A DNA stretch of 64,000 nt from an uncultured Paraprevotella sp. (GCA_964540455.1 CAZIMK010000002.1:39643-103642), one strand, 5' to 3'; positions 9,773 through 19,145 are shown, numbered from the stretch's first letter. The notes: generated by a model not told the origin, from the sequence alone. Program-made: numbers and translations.

Positions 9773-10788
9773 TGATTTCATATTATGCCCTTTGGATTCC
9801 TCTATTGCAGAAAGGCAACCTCAATATAATAAAGGAAGAACTTGACGAGGTAATACTGAAAGATTTGCCTGAAGCAGACGAGTTGCGGATAAAAGGGCAT
9901 ATCAACAAGAAAAGTCATTCCATCAACTTATATTTCCGGCTGTCAGAAACCGAAAATGTAAGTTATGAACTAAAATGTATCAAAAAAAACAATACGGGGT
10001 TTATTGTCTATTGCGTCGAAATCAGCGACAAGGCTACAGATTTTGTTTCCTGCGGGTTGCGGACAGGATTTCACAAAGCTTACTATCATTACATAAAGGG
10101 ATTTTTTCATCAGCACACACATCATGATTGTGCGGAAGATTCCCTTTTAGTAGCGTATCATTCCGACACAGAAATCTCCCTGAATGACAAGTCACAATTC
10201 AGAAAAGTTGTCGATTCTTATCTGGACTGTTATATACAGAAACTAAAAGGTGTTACCCAACAGAACGAGATAAACATGAATGAAGTGATTCGGGAAATGT
10301 CGCAGAATAAGAATATTTCCAGAAACTTAAAATTCATTCAGGAACTGGTGAAGAACGGCTATTCAGTCAAAGGAGAACTGGGATATTGCAGGTTTCTGGC
10401 AGGCACCCACCGGAACAACAGTTCAAGAAAAAAACGTAAAGAATTGGAGGATGCCGGTAAAGAATTTGAGGACTTTTTCGACAATCTGATTTTCTGGAAC
10501 AACCATTATACATCCCTTATCAGCTATTTTGACGGTAACAAAAGTCTGAAATGGGGTATGGCTGGTTTTGCAGTAGGAATACTGTCATTGCTTGTCACGG
10601 CATGTCTTGAATATTGCCATTCAAGACAACTGTCTAATGAAAAACAGTTGGAACATATAGAGAACATTATCGATACATATCAACAGAATATCGAAGACAA
10701 GATGGAAAAGTTGCACGAACCGGCGCACTCTCATGCCATTGACAGTGTGGCTAAGAATAAGAAACAGATTCTTCAAAGAACTTTTTAA
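9772..10788 (+). CDS. Hypothetical protein with a single C-proximal transmembrane helix
   Basis: 338 aa. One hydrophobic helix ('WGMAGFAVGILSLLVTACL') sits between a Lys/Arg-rich patch and a coiled C-tail. No family recognised. Translationally coupled to the 9512 ORF. Confidence 0.6.
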   Translation: MISYYALWIPLLQKGNLNIIKEELDEVILKDLPEADELRIKGHINKKSHSINLYFRLSETENVSYELKCIKKNNTGFIVYCVEISDKATDFVSCGLRTGFHKAYYHYIKGFFHQHTHHDCAEDSLLVAYHSDTEISLNDKSQFRKVVDSYLDCYIQKLKGVTQQNEINMNEVIREMSQNKNISRNLKFIQELVKNGYSVKGELGYCRFLAGTHRNNSSRKKRKELEDAGKEFEDFFDNLIFWNNHYTSLISYFDGNKSLKWGMAGFAVGILSLLVTACLEYCHSRQLSNEKQLEHIENIIDTYQQNIEDKMEKLHEPAHSHAIDSVAKNKKQILQRTF

Positions 10789-10989
10789 ACAGCTGTTTTA
10801 TAAACTATACTTTATGATTCCATGGCGAAAACATAAAGTACGGTTTACAACATTCTATATCCGTAACTTTACTTAAACTGACACGCTACGGCGGTTTGTA
10901 CGAACCGGCAAGGCTGTTCGCGCTTGGAAATATACGTGCCTGAAAAAAGGAGATGCGGCACCAGCCGCGCCAAAAAACTGAAAGAAATT

Positions 10990-11040
10990 CCCGCAACACC
11001 GCGCGGCGGGCAGGCTCCGCCCGTTGCGGGAGATTTTATT
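10990..11040 (+). terminator. GC-rich hairpin followed by a T-run
   Basis: CCCGCAAC (10990-10997) pairs with GTTGCGGG (11023-11030) around a GC-rich interior, followed by AGATTTTATT. It lies in a short GC-rich patch inside an AT-rich locus. Confidence 0.5.
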
Positions 11041-11066
11041 ACCGGCCGGATAAAATAATTTCTATA

Positions 11067-12074
11067 ATGACTCCAAAAATTTCTATTTTAGTTCCAGTCT
11101 ACAACGTGGAACCTTATCTCCAGCGTTGTATCGACTCCGTGTTGAGCCAGGATTTCACCGATTGGGAACTCATCCTTGTGGATGACGGCAGTCCGGACCG
11201 TTGTCCGGAAATATGCGACAGGAATGCCGCAGAGCACCCCGATAAGATAAAGGTGGTGCACAAGGAGAACGGGGGGGTTATCACAGCACGAAAAACAGGA
11301 GTGCAAGTCGCAAAAGGTGAATATTACGTTTTTGTGGATAGTGATGACACATTGCGAGCAGGGGCATTGAGTACTCTTTATGCCCAAGTGATAAAAGGGT
11401 ATGACATGGTAAGAGCCGGAGCTTTTAGAAAAACTGGCAAAGGCAAGGAATATCCCATAGAAACATATGCCTTTGAGGAAGGAGAGATAACGGACAACAC
11501 TGCGTTCATTCAGAAAATGTACATGTGCGATGTCGCTCCTTATCTATGGGGTGCAATTTACAAAGCATCATTATTTAACGATGATGTATATGATGAGCCG
11601 ATAAAGCAAAGGGTAAATATTGGTGATGATTGGGTGATAAACATGATTATTGCCCGCAATATTCATCGAGCTCTGTATATCAAGGATAAGGTATATGATT
11701 ATTATGTGAACCCTAAGTCATATATGTCATCCTACGTAATGTCATATGAATACGGGAATAAAATAGATGCCATATTTCAGAAACATGGTATAATATATAA
11801 TGACAGTAAATTGACAGATTATATACGAGTAAAGACATGTTGCGACACATTAAGTAAGTTCTTTGTGCCTGAAATTCCATTTTCCGTTCAAAGGTACAAC
11901 TATGTGAAAAAGACACTTTCTGCTGCAAAATGGAACAAAATGGTAAGAGAACGTATACATCCCAAATATTTGTATTTCATCAATCACTATATCATATATC
12001 GGATTTACATAGGTTTATATAGGTTTATATTCAAATACGTCAAGTTGCATGGAAACTATAGAAAGGTTATATAG
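11067..12074 (+). CDS. Family 2 glycosyltransferase
   Basis: 'ISILVPVYNVEPYLQRCIDSVLSQ' and 'VDSDD' are GT2 signatures. The start was moved to the ATG at 11067; the upstream extension from 10953 is Arg-rich nonsense over the hairpin. Confidence 0.85.
   Translation: MTPKISILVPVYNVEPYLQRCIDSVLSQDFTDWELILVDDGSPDRCPEICDRNAAEHPDKIKVVHKENGGVITARKTGVQVAKGEYYVFVDSDDTLRAGALSTLYAQVIKGYDMVRAGAFRKTGKGKEYPIETYAFEEGEITDNTAFIQKMYMCDVAPYLWGAIYKASLFNDDVYDEPIKQRVNIGDDWVINMIIARNIHRALYIKDKVYDYYVNPKSYMSSYVMSYEYGNKIDAIFQKHGIIYNDSKLTDYIRVKTCCDTLSKFFVPEIPFSVQRYNYVKKTLSAAKWNKMVRERIHPKYLYFINHYIIYRIYIGLYRFIFKYVKLHGNYRKVI
11271..11277 (+). repeat. G7 homopolymer in GT2 gene
   Basis: Counted directly: gag aac ggg ggg gtt. 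Confidence 0.9.
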
Positions 12075-12084
12075 CTACGAGTGT

Positions 12085-13071
12085 ATGCCAAATGAAATAC
12101 AATCAAAAGAAAACAGCCCTAAAGTATCGGTCATTATACCTATATATAATGTAGAACGATTCATAAAGCGTTGTGCGGAATCTTTAATGAAGCAGACGCT
12201 AAATGATATGGAATTTATATTTGTAGATGATTGTTCTTCTGACAATAGCATAGATATACTAAAGAGAATAGTTGAAGAATATCCCAATAGGAATGTATCT
12301 GTACTGAAACAACCTGTCAACCGGGGAGTATCAGCCGCCCGCGAATTAGCGTTATCTAAAGCAACGGGTAAATATATAGGATTCTGTGATAGTGATGATT
12401 GGGTCGATATTGATATGTATGAGAAGCTCGTGAAACTTGCCGAGCTGTCATCCGCAGACATTGTTGGTTGTGGATTTATTCTACATACTCGAAACAAAAT
12501 AGAAGAATGTAAATTCCCGTCAAACCATGATAACAAAGGTTTTATTTTCTCACCCCATTGCTTTGGTGGTATTTATGGCGCATTATGGAATAAGCTAATA
12601 CGTCGGGATTTTTTCTGCTTGTACGACAAGAAAATGTGGAAAGGAATAGCAATGTGGGAAGATAGTTGTATGCTGACACCGCTCCGGCTTCATTCGTCAA
12701 AAACTGTATTTATAGATGAATGCTTGTACCATTATAATGTCAATACCAATAGTATGACAACTAAATTCTCTATAAAAAAAGTTAATGATGCCATTGAAGC
12801 AACCAAAAGACTGGAATACTATTTCCTAACGGAAGGACTTACCGAAGAAGCTGCTTCACTTGTCTCATTCTTAAAAATAGCATCTAAAGAAGTCTTACTC
12901 CGTTTTCCCCGAAAAGAATACATAAGAATGTGGAAAAAGATTTTTCCAGAGGCAAAATGGCACATCATGCAATATCCGAACTGGGGGGGGGGGCTAAAGG
13001 CAAGGGCTTTATTAGTTACATTTCTTCCCATTTCATTAGGGATTAAATTGCTTAAAATAAAAAAGAAATGA
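12085..13071 (+). CDS. Family 2 glycosyltransferase
   Basis: 'VSVIIPIYNVERFIKRCAESLMKQT' and 'CDSDD'. The start could equally be 12049 or 12085. Confidence 0.8.
   Translation: MPNEIQSKENSPKVSVIIPIYNVERFIKRCAESLMKQTLNDMEFIFVDDCSSDNSIDILKRIVEEYPNRNVSVLKQPVNRGVSAARELALSKATGKYIGFCDSDDWVDIDMYEKLVKLAELSSADIVGCGFILHTRNKIEECKFPSNHDNKGFIFSPHCFGGIYGALWNKLIRRDFFCLYDKKMWKGIAMWEDSCMLTPLRLHSSKTVFIDECLYHYNVNTNSMTTKFSIKKVNDAIEATKRLEYYFLTEGLTEEAASLVSFLKIASKEVLLRFPRKEYIRMWKKIFPEAKWHIMQYPNWGGGLKARALLVTFLPISLGIKLLKIKKK
12983..12993 (+). repeat. G11 homopolymer in GT2 gene
   Basis: Counted directly: aac tgg ggg ggg ggg cta (N W G G G L). Confidence 0.9.
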
Positions 13072-14126
13072 TACATGATTCCACCATCAGCGTCATGAAA
13101 GGGATCGCCATCATAGGTGTAGTCGTTGGGCATTGTAGAATTTCACAATGGGCAGAAAATTTTGTCAACCAATGGCATCTGGCGACATTCTTCTTTGTGG
13201 CGGGTATGTGCTTCAAAGATAAATATACTTCACAACCCCAATTATATATCAAACGGAGAATGAGAAGTCTCTATGTGCCCTTCGTGGAGTTCGGCCTGCT
13301 ATACTTGGCCCTGCACAATTTCCTTTATTGGATTCATTGCGCCGGCAATGCTTACACATTTCGTGAAATGGGACGTGAGTTATTCAATCTGACCATACGC
13401 TTTTCAAGCAATGAAGCTTTGATGGGGGCCATGTGGTTTTGTCCGGCTCTGCTGTTTACATCTATTATTATGTTTCTTACACAAATTACGCAAACAAAAA
13501 TCGATAAAACACTAAATAACAATAAAATAGAAGTTAATGGGGGGGGGAGGAGGATTATTCCGACATTGGTTTTTATTGTCGGTTATACGGCCATACAGTT
13601 ACGCATTAAAAGTCCTTGTTGTATATGGCAATATATGGTTCTCTCGCTCATAATTCAGATGGGATATTGGTTCAAGCGTTATGTAAATGCAGACAAATGG
13701 AATACAATGACTCACATCGCTATAGCCACAACGGGATTTACACTCATAGCTCTTGCCACAAATTATGGATTTATGGCAAGGTTACAACCAGCCAACATAA
13801 ACAAAGAAAACATAATAGCATTGTTATTGATACCAGCATTGGCTGGAGTGTCTGTATATAGCTTGTCTGCTTTATTAAATAAAACTAATATGAAACAGAC
13901 ATTGGCTTACGTCGGTGACCGATCGTTCTCCATTATGGCCTTGCATTTTCTTGCTTTCAAAGCGGTGAACCTTGCACAAATAGGTTTCTATGGATACAGT
14001 ATAGAACGTTTGGCCGACTTTGCGGTCATAAGATATGAGACGTGGACATGGGGATTGGCCTATGTCGCAGCAGGTGTGACCATCCCCTTGATATTGGCAT
14101 TGACATACAATAAGGTAAAACGATGA
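13068..14126 (+). CDS. Membrane acyltransferase (acyltransferase_3 family, O-acetylase type)
   Basis: 352 aa, about 10 hydrophobic helices. N-terminal 'VMKGIAIIGVVVGH' is typical of the family. ATGA overlap with the upstream gene. Confidence 0.8.
   Translation: MIHDSTISVMKGIAIIGVVVGHCRISQWAENFVNQWHLATFFFVAGMCFKDKYTSQPQLYIKRRMRSLYVPFVEFGLLYLALHNFLYWIHCAGNAYTFREMGRELFNLTIRFSSNEALMGAMWFCPALLFTSIIMFLTQITQTKIDKTLNNNKIEVNGGGRRIIPTLVFIVGYTAIQLRIKSPCCIWQYMVLSLIIQMGYWFKRYVNADKWNTMTHIAIATTGFTLIALATNYGFMARLQPANINKENIIALLLIPALAGVSVYSLSALLNKTNMKQTLAYVGDRSFSIMALHFLAFKAVNLAQIGFYGYSIERLADFAVIRYETWTWGLAYVAAGVTIPLILALTYNKVKR
13539..13547 (+). repeat. G9 homopolymer in acyltransferase gene
   Basis: Counted directly: aat ggg ggg ggg agg. 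Confidence 0.9.
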
Positions 14127-15064
14127 TAACAGGAATTGTAGTGGTGTCGTACCACAACGCAGATGGTACTTCAAAATATGTCATGAAACAGCTGATGCGG
14201 CTTTCTGACGACTATCGCGTAGTAGTAGTGACCGTGGATGCCGACGAGCGATACGGACAGAAACTGGCTACTGATTGCGGGCTTGCCTTTATAAATACCC
14301 CGAAACAGGTTGTGCAGCACTCTAAGGGATGGTGCATAGCCGCGAAAGAAAACTTGGGGTATGCCAAAGGAAACAACCTGGGTGTAGAAATCCTGAAAAA
14401 CAGTGGCATTCACTTTGATTATTATTTATTTTCAAATGATGATATAGAAATTATGACTCCCGATGCACTAAGCAAATTGGGTAATGCCATAAGAAAAGAT
14501 GAAAACATAGCCGGCATCGGTCCCCGCATCATCGGACTTGACGGTAACGACCAAAGTCCGCACATCCGATACATTTCTCCCCAGAGGCTGATTGGATGGA
14601 AGTTACTTTCCTTTCTACGCAAAAAACAACGAAACAGTGCTATATACACCAATAAAAGTTCTCTCTCCGTGGCGGAAGTCTCGAAAGCACAACAAGAGAA
14701 GTTTACAGCAACACAAGCCATTACACTGGCTTCGAAAAATCCTCCGCCCCAAGGTGCATGCTACTGGGTTAGCGGGGCTTTCATGATGGTAAGGTCAGAC
14801 CGGTTTGAGGCCGTGAATGGCTTCGATCCCCGCACGTTCCTCTATTTTGAGGAAGTCATACTGGCGGAACGCTTCATACGGCATGGATGGCATTTTGCCT
14901 TTGAGCCTTCAGCGATAGTAGTTCACTACGAAGGGGGAAGTACTACCGTAAAGAGTAGCAGGCGCAACGCGATTGAGAAGGAAAGCAGGATGCTGTATTA
15001 TAAGGAATACAGACGAGTAAATACTATTCTGCTATGGTTGTACAAATGGATTGAACAGATATAG
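14123..15064 (+). CDS. Family 2 glycosyltransferase
   Basis: 313 aa with 'GIVVVSYHN', 'GYAKGNNLG' and 'FSNDDIEI'. ATGA overlap with the upstream gene. Confidence 0.8.
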   Translation: MITGIVVVSYHNADGTSKYVMKQLMRLSDDYRVVVVTVDADERYGQKLATDCGLAFINTPKQVVQHSKGWCIAAKENLGYAKGNNLGVEILKNSGIHFDYYLFSNDDIEIMTPDALSKLGNAIRKDENIAGIGPRIIGLDGNDQSPHIRYISPQRLIGWKLLSFLRKKQRNSAIYTNKSSLSVAEVSKAQQEKFTATQAITLASKNPPPQGACYWVSGAFMMVRSDRFEAVNGFDPRTFLYFEEVILAERFIRHGWHFAFEPSAIVVHYEGGSTTVKSSRRNAIEKESRMLYYKEYRRVNTILLWLYKWIEQI

Positions 15065-16256
15065 AAAACTCAAAACCATGAATCCCATAACATATAATTA
15101 CAAATTATTTAAAAATCTGTATCCCAAAGAGATACAGTTGTACACACTGATATTTACGTTTCATATCTGTCGCAAGACTCTTTTCAACAGCGCCAACGAC
15201 GGTAGTACCGGTGGTCAGTTGATGATGGTATTATGTATTCTTTTAAACTTTTATATCGTCTACAAAGAGAAGAAACATCTCAAACAGGCATTAACGAACA
15301 ACAGAATGTATTTGGCTTATTATATTTTTGCCATATTCACGATATTTACAAACAATATTACCGGTTCCGCCACTGTCATCCTGCCAAAAGCCTTAGAAGT
15401 AATATCTTCATTTATGGCGTTGTCTATAACGTATTGGAAAATAAAAGAGAAACGATGGGCAATGATTTATTTATTATATCTTACCACAATAGCGACTGTA
15501 GCTGGGTATATCAGCTATGCAACAAACTCAGGCTCATTATGGGCGCATACTAATACCTACAGCATGACAGGGGCCCTTGGGGCCTTGTTATGTCTGAGTA
15601 TGAGCAAATATGAAAGGAAGTTCAGATTCAAGTGGCTGTTTGTTTTCAATTTCTCCGCAATGATTCTTGGAACGAGTTCCGCTTCATTTATTGCTTTTAC
15701 TGTCGGACTTTTAATGTTTTGGAGTTGCTCTATTAAAGGTATTAGCATAACCAAGGCCTCTTTGGTGCTAATAGCTGTCATCATCACATATTACAATGGA
15801 ATGGACTTAGCATATGATATATTCTTCCACGGACGATCAGAAGAAATGATCCAGTCCGGTACAGGTCGTACCGTCATCTGGGAAGCTTGCTTTACTGCTT
15901 GGCGTCAGTCCCCGTGGATTGGGCAAGGCTACATGATAGGTGAACGTAATCTCACAATGTGGGGGGCTCACATAGCTGCCCATTCTGCCCATAATGGATA
16001 TATGTCAGTATTGGTAAATACAGGCATTGTAGGAAGTATCATCTTTGGCGTTTATCTCCTGCAAACCATTTGGAGATGCTTGAATAACCTATCATCTAAA
16101 TATATAGGGAAAGAAATGACTGTCCTGTTCATTACATTGTGCTTCATCCTTGTGAACAACTACTCATACCCCTGTATAGGTTCCGATTGGAATTTTACGC
16201 TGATGCCTGTAGCCAGTATATTCATTCTAATTAATACCATACAATATAAATTATGA
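15051..16256 (+). CDS. O-antigen polymerase/ligase-like (Wzy-type) membrane protein
   Basis: 401 aa, 10 or more hydrophobic helices with a large loop ('GRTVIWEACFTAWRQSPWIGQGY...AHSAHNGYMSVLVNTGIVG') typical of the O-antigen ligase/polymerase domain. Confidence 0.75.
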   Translation: MNRYRKLKTMNPITYNYKLFKNLYPKEIQLYTLIFTFHICRKTLFNSANDGSTGGQLMMVLCILLNFYIVYKEKKHLKQALTNNRMYLAYYIFAIFTIFTNNITGSATVILPKALEVISSFMALSITYWKIKEKRWAMIYLLYLTTIATVAGYISYATNSGSLWAHTNTYSMTGALGALLCLSMSKYERKFRFKWLFVFNFSAMILGTSSASFIAFTVGLLMFWSCSIKGISITKASLVLIAVIITYYNGMDLAYDIFFHGRSEEMIQSGTGRTVIWEACFTAWRQSPWIGQGYMIGERNLTMWGAHIAAHSAHNGYMSVLVNTGIVGSIIFGVYLLQTIWRCLNNLSSKYIGKEMTVLFITLCFILVNNYSYPCIGSDWNFTLMPVASIFILINTIQYKL

Positions 16257-17428
16257 AAATCACTTGGGTTACACGCAGTTTCCTGGATTATCGCATACCT
16301 GTATTCAAGGCTTTGGATGAATTGTGCGGTCACCAGCTTACAGTTATCTATTATAAGGATGTACCTCCGCAGCGATGCCAGGATAAATTAAAAGCCATAC
16401 TGGGCGACAGAGCTATCGCACGTAAAAATGAGTTGCGCATCGGAAACAAACCGAAGATCGACAATGCGACAAAAAGCAATACAACCTTTCGTATTCCTGT
16501 CAGTCCCGGACTCGTCAGACAAATCATAGACAGTAAGCCGGACGTCATCGTTTCGGACGGATTCATGCAGTGGACGTATGCGGCCTTGACTGTCAGGGCG
16601 TTCAAGAGGATTCCGCATGTGATGTGCTACGAACGCACGGCACACACGGAACGGAATGCCAGCAAGTTACGGATATTGTATCGCAGGTTTGTTTCACGAT
16701 GGATAGATGCCATCGACTGCAACGGAAGCCTTACCGGAGAATATGTCAGGAACTTATTGGGATGGGATGAGAAGCGCCTGACGTACGGGCACATGGTGGC
16801 CGACGTTACCGGAATGCAAAAGGCTGTTGCCTGTATATCCGAGGCTGAATCGCAATCACTGCGTCAAAAGTTGAATATCAAAGGCGTAATGATTTTATAC
16901 GTAGGGCAACTAATATCGCTGAAAGGAGTTCGTGAACTCCTTTCAGCGTGGAGTAATATCGCGGAAAAAACCGAAGCAACCCTTGTATACGTAGGCGGCG
17001 GCGTCCTTGAGCAACCGTTAAGAGAACAGATTGACAACGAACACATCCAGAACGTCGTATTGACGGGTGCCATCGACTACGACCGGATAGCCGTTTATTA
17101 CAAGGCGGCGGATTGTTTTATCATCCCTACCACGGAGGACAACTGGAGCCTTGTTGTTCCGGAAGCGATGGCATGCGGACTGCCTGTCGCATGCTCGAAG
17201 TACAACGGATGCCATCCGGAATTAGTATACCCGGAAAACGGTTGGGTGTTTGACCCGTTAGACAACGGAAGCATCGTTGAGACACTAAAGACCATCGTCA
17301 GGTCAGCAGATAAGCTGGAAGACATGGGCGAGGCCTCAAGGCGCATCGTATCCGCCCACACGGCCGAACGCGCCGCACAGAGCATCATGGATGCCATCGA
17401 AATAGCCAAGAAACACTGCAACAGATGA
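16253..17428 (+). CDS. Family 4 (group 1) glycosyltransferase
   Basis: 391 aa. The C-terminal 'EDNWSLVVPEAMACGLPVACSKYNGCHPELV' is the GT4 EX7E region. ATGA overlap with the upstream gene. Confidence 0.85.
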   Translation: MKITWVTRSFLDYRIPVFKALDELCGHQLTVIYYKDVPPQRCQDKLKAILGDRAIARKNELRIGNKPKIDNATKSNTTFRIPVSPGLVRQIIDSKPDVIVSDGFMQWTYAALTVRAFKRIPHVMCYERTAHTERNASKLRILYRRFVSRWIDAIDCNGSLTGEYVRNLLGWDEKRLTYGHMVADVTGMQKAVACISEAESQSLRQKLNIKGVMILYVGQLISLKGVRELLSAWSNIAEKTEATLVYVGGGVLEQPLREQIDNEHIQNVVLTGAIDYDRIAVYYKAADCFIIPTTEDNWSLVVPEAMACGLPVACSKYNGCHPELVYPENGWVFDPLDNGSIVETLKTIVRSADKLEDMGEASRRIVSAHTAERAAQSIMDAIEIAKKHCNR

Positions 17429-18546
17429 AAATACTGACTCTCACCACATATAATGTATACAACTACGGGGCAGCTCTGCAAGCATATGCCCTGCAAACTT
17501 ATCTCCGAAACAAGGGACACGAAGCAGAACTGATCAACTACCAGCCGGAATATCTCACCCGCAAGTATGACTACCGGTGGGTGAACCCGGAATCGAAAAT
17601 GAGCCGGTACGCACTGACCCGTGCGTCCTACCGCTTGCTGAAATACCTGCAACGCCAGACCACGCTGGGGCGCAAACGGCAGTTCGACCACTTCGTGGCC
17701 ACCCGTCTGAGGCAGACCAAAGCGTACCGCACACTGGAGGAGCTGGAACAGGACACTCCGGAGGCCGACCTGTATATCGTGGGCAGCGACCAGATATGGA
17801 ACGTGTTTTATGAGGCCGGACGCGACCCTGCTTTCTACCTGAGCTTCGTGAAACGCGGCAAGAAGGCTTCCTATGCCGCAAGCTTTTCCTATGTGGACAT
17901 CGCGCAGGAGGCACAGCAGACGATTGCCCGCCGTCTGGAGGACTTCACGGCCGTGTCGGTGAGGGAAAGTCACGGGCTGAAACTGCTGGAGAGCATGGGC
18001 ATAGCGGGTGAATGGGTGCTCGACCCCGTCTTCCTGCTGGGCGTGGAGGAATGGAAGAGCCTGATGACCGACTTCAGAAAGACCGAGCCTTATCTGCTGA
18101 TTTACGACTTCGAGGGCAACAAGGCGCTGAAGGCATTCGCACAAAAGTATGCCCGTGAGCACGGCCTGAAGATATACAACATCAACGACACGTATCCGCG
18201 CCTGTATGCCGACCGGAATTTTTCCAAGGCCGGTCCCCGGGAGTTCCTCTCGCTCATCTACCACTGCGACGCGTTTGTCAGCAACTCCTTCCACGGCACG
18301 GCCTTCTCCATTCTGTTCGGCAAACCGGTATATGTGTTCAACCGCCACCGGCACAAGGTGAACTCGCGCATGGAGAGCCTGCTCGGACTGTTCGGGCTGA
18401 GCCACTGCATCGAACCGCAGGGGGAATGCACGTTCGACTACGATGCCATCCACCGCATCATGAACAGGGAACTCCGGAAATCCGTCAACTTCCTATACAC
18501 TGCATTCGGCCAGGACGAACCACAATCCGCAACAAGCGGAATGTAG
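17425..18546 (+). CDS. Polysaccharide pyruvyl transferase family protein
   Basis: 373 aa. 'MKILTLTTYNVYNYGAALQAYALQTYL' and 'IVGSDQIWN' are characteristic of the family. ATGA overlap with the GT4 gene. Confidence 0.8.
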   Translation: MKILTLTTYNVYNYGAALQAYALQTYLRNKGHEAELINYQPEYLTRKYDYRWVNPESKMSRYALTRASYRLLKYLQRQTTLGRKRQFDHFVATRLRQTKAYRTLEELEQDTPEADLYIVGSDQIWNVFYEAGRDPAFYLSFVKRGKKASYAASFSYVDIAQEAQQTIARRLEDFTAVSVRESHGLKLLESMGIAGEWVLDPVFLLGVEEWKSLMTDFRKTEPYLLIYDFEGNKALKAFAQKYAREHGLKIYNINDTYPRLYADRNFSKAGPREFLSLIYHCDAFVSNSFHGTAFSILFGKPVYVFNRHRHKVNSRMESLLGLFGLSHCIEPQGECTFDYDAIHRIMNRELRKSVNFLYTAFGQDEPQSATSGM

Positions 18547-18572
18547 TCCTTATCCCCCGAAAACCAAAGAAA

Positions 18573-18610
18573 GCCGCACCCCCTGCAGGCATACGGGTGC
18601 GACTTTCTTA
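18573..18610. terminator. Hairpin between convergent genes
   Basis: CCGCACCC pairs with GGGTGCG, followed by ACTTTCTT. It lies between the pyruvyl transferase (+) and the amidase (-). Confidence 0.45.
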
Positions 18611-18635
18611 GGCTTTGGTTGTGCGGGAGCGTGAA

Positions 18636-19145
18636 TCACCCGCCATACTCACGCGCGGCATCGAAGCAGGGACAGGCCTTGCTGACGCCGGGGAGGTCGC
18701 GGTGGCCCACGACGATGGCGGAGGGGAACACCCGGCGAAGCGAGGCGATAAGCTCGCTCAACACACGCCGCTGGGCAGGGGTGCGCGTGTCGGACGGAAG
18801 GCCAAAGGCATCGAGGCCGCCCTCGTAGCAGACGGCCACGGAACAGCGGTTGTAGCCCCGGGCGTGGGCGCCCACCTCAAGCAGACGGCGGTGTTGCGTC
18901 ACCATCCCGTCCCGACGCACGTAGAAGTGATATCCCACGGTGCGGAAACCGCGCGCACGATGGTCACTCAGGAGGCGTTGCGGGGTGTAGTCGGTGGTGG
19001 GGCGCGTGGCCGTGCAGTGCACCACGATGAAGCGCACGGCCTCAGGGCCGTTCATCATGGGGCCGCTCTCCACGCGGGTGAGCAGGACTTTCTCGCTGCT
19101 CACCACGTCGCCGCCCACCACGATGGGGAATGCGTAGCCCGTCAT
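18636..19145 (-). CDS. N-acetylmuramoyl-L-alanine amidase (Amidase_2/PGRP type)
   Basis: 'FIVVHCTATRP', 'GYHFYVRRDG', 'HARGYNRCSVAVCYEGG' and 'GHRDL...KACPCFD'. The start was set to the ATG at 19145, which overlaps the upstream small ORF's stop (ATGA). Confidence 0.85.
   Translation of the reverse strand: MTGYAFPIVVGGDVVSSEKVLLTRVESGPMMNGPEAVRFIVVHCTATRPTTDYTPQRLLSDHRARGFRTVGYHFYVRRDGMVTQHRRLLEVGAHARGYNRCSVAVCYEGGLDAFGLPSDTRTPAQRRVLSELIASLRRVFPSAIVVGHRDLPGVSKACPCFDAAREYGG

Noticed and set aside
10953-11066. An N-terminal extension of the GT2 gene (the track ORF starts at 10953).
   Set aside because: The extension translates the GC-rich hairpin region into an Arg-rich peptide (MRHQPRQKTERNSRNTARRAGSARCGRF). 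The canonical GT2 N-terminus (MTPKISILVPVYN) begins at the ATG at 11067.
17098-18453. A 451-aa minus-strand ORF antisense to the GT4 and pyruvyl transferase genes.
   Set aside because: It is a shadow ORF of GC-rich coding DNA. Its composition is Arg/Ala/Val/Gly/His-rich, it has no motifs and it fully overlaps two genes with clear family signatures. The same reasoning rejects the other long antisense ORFs at 20802-22283, 24494-25366, 32135-33538, 33703-35073, 36404-37483, 37487-38854, 38884-41553, 41602-42727, 47195-47914, 48912-50003, 51299-52732, 62270-62986 and 63077-63991.
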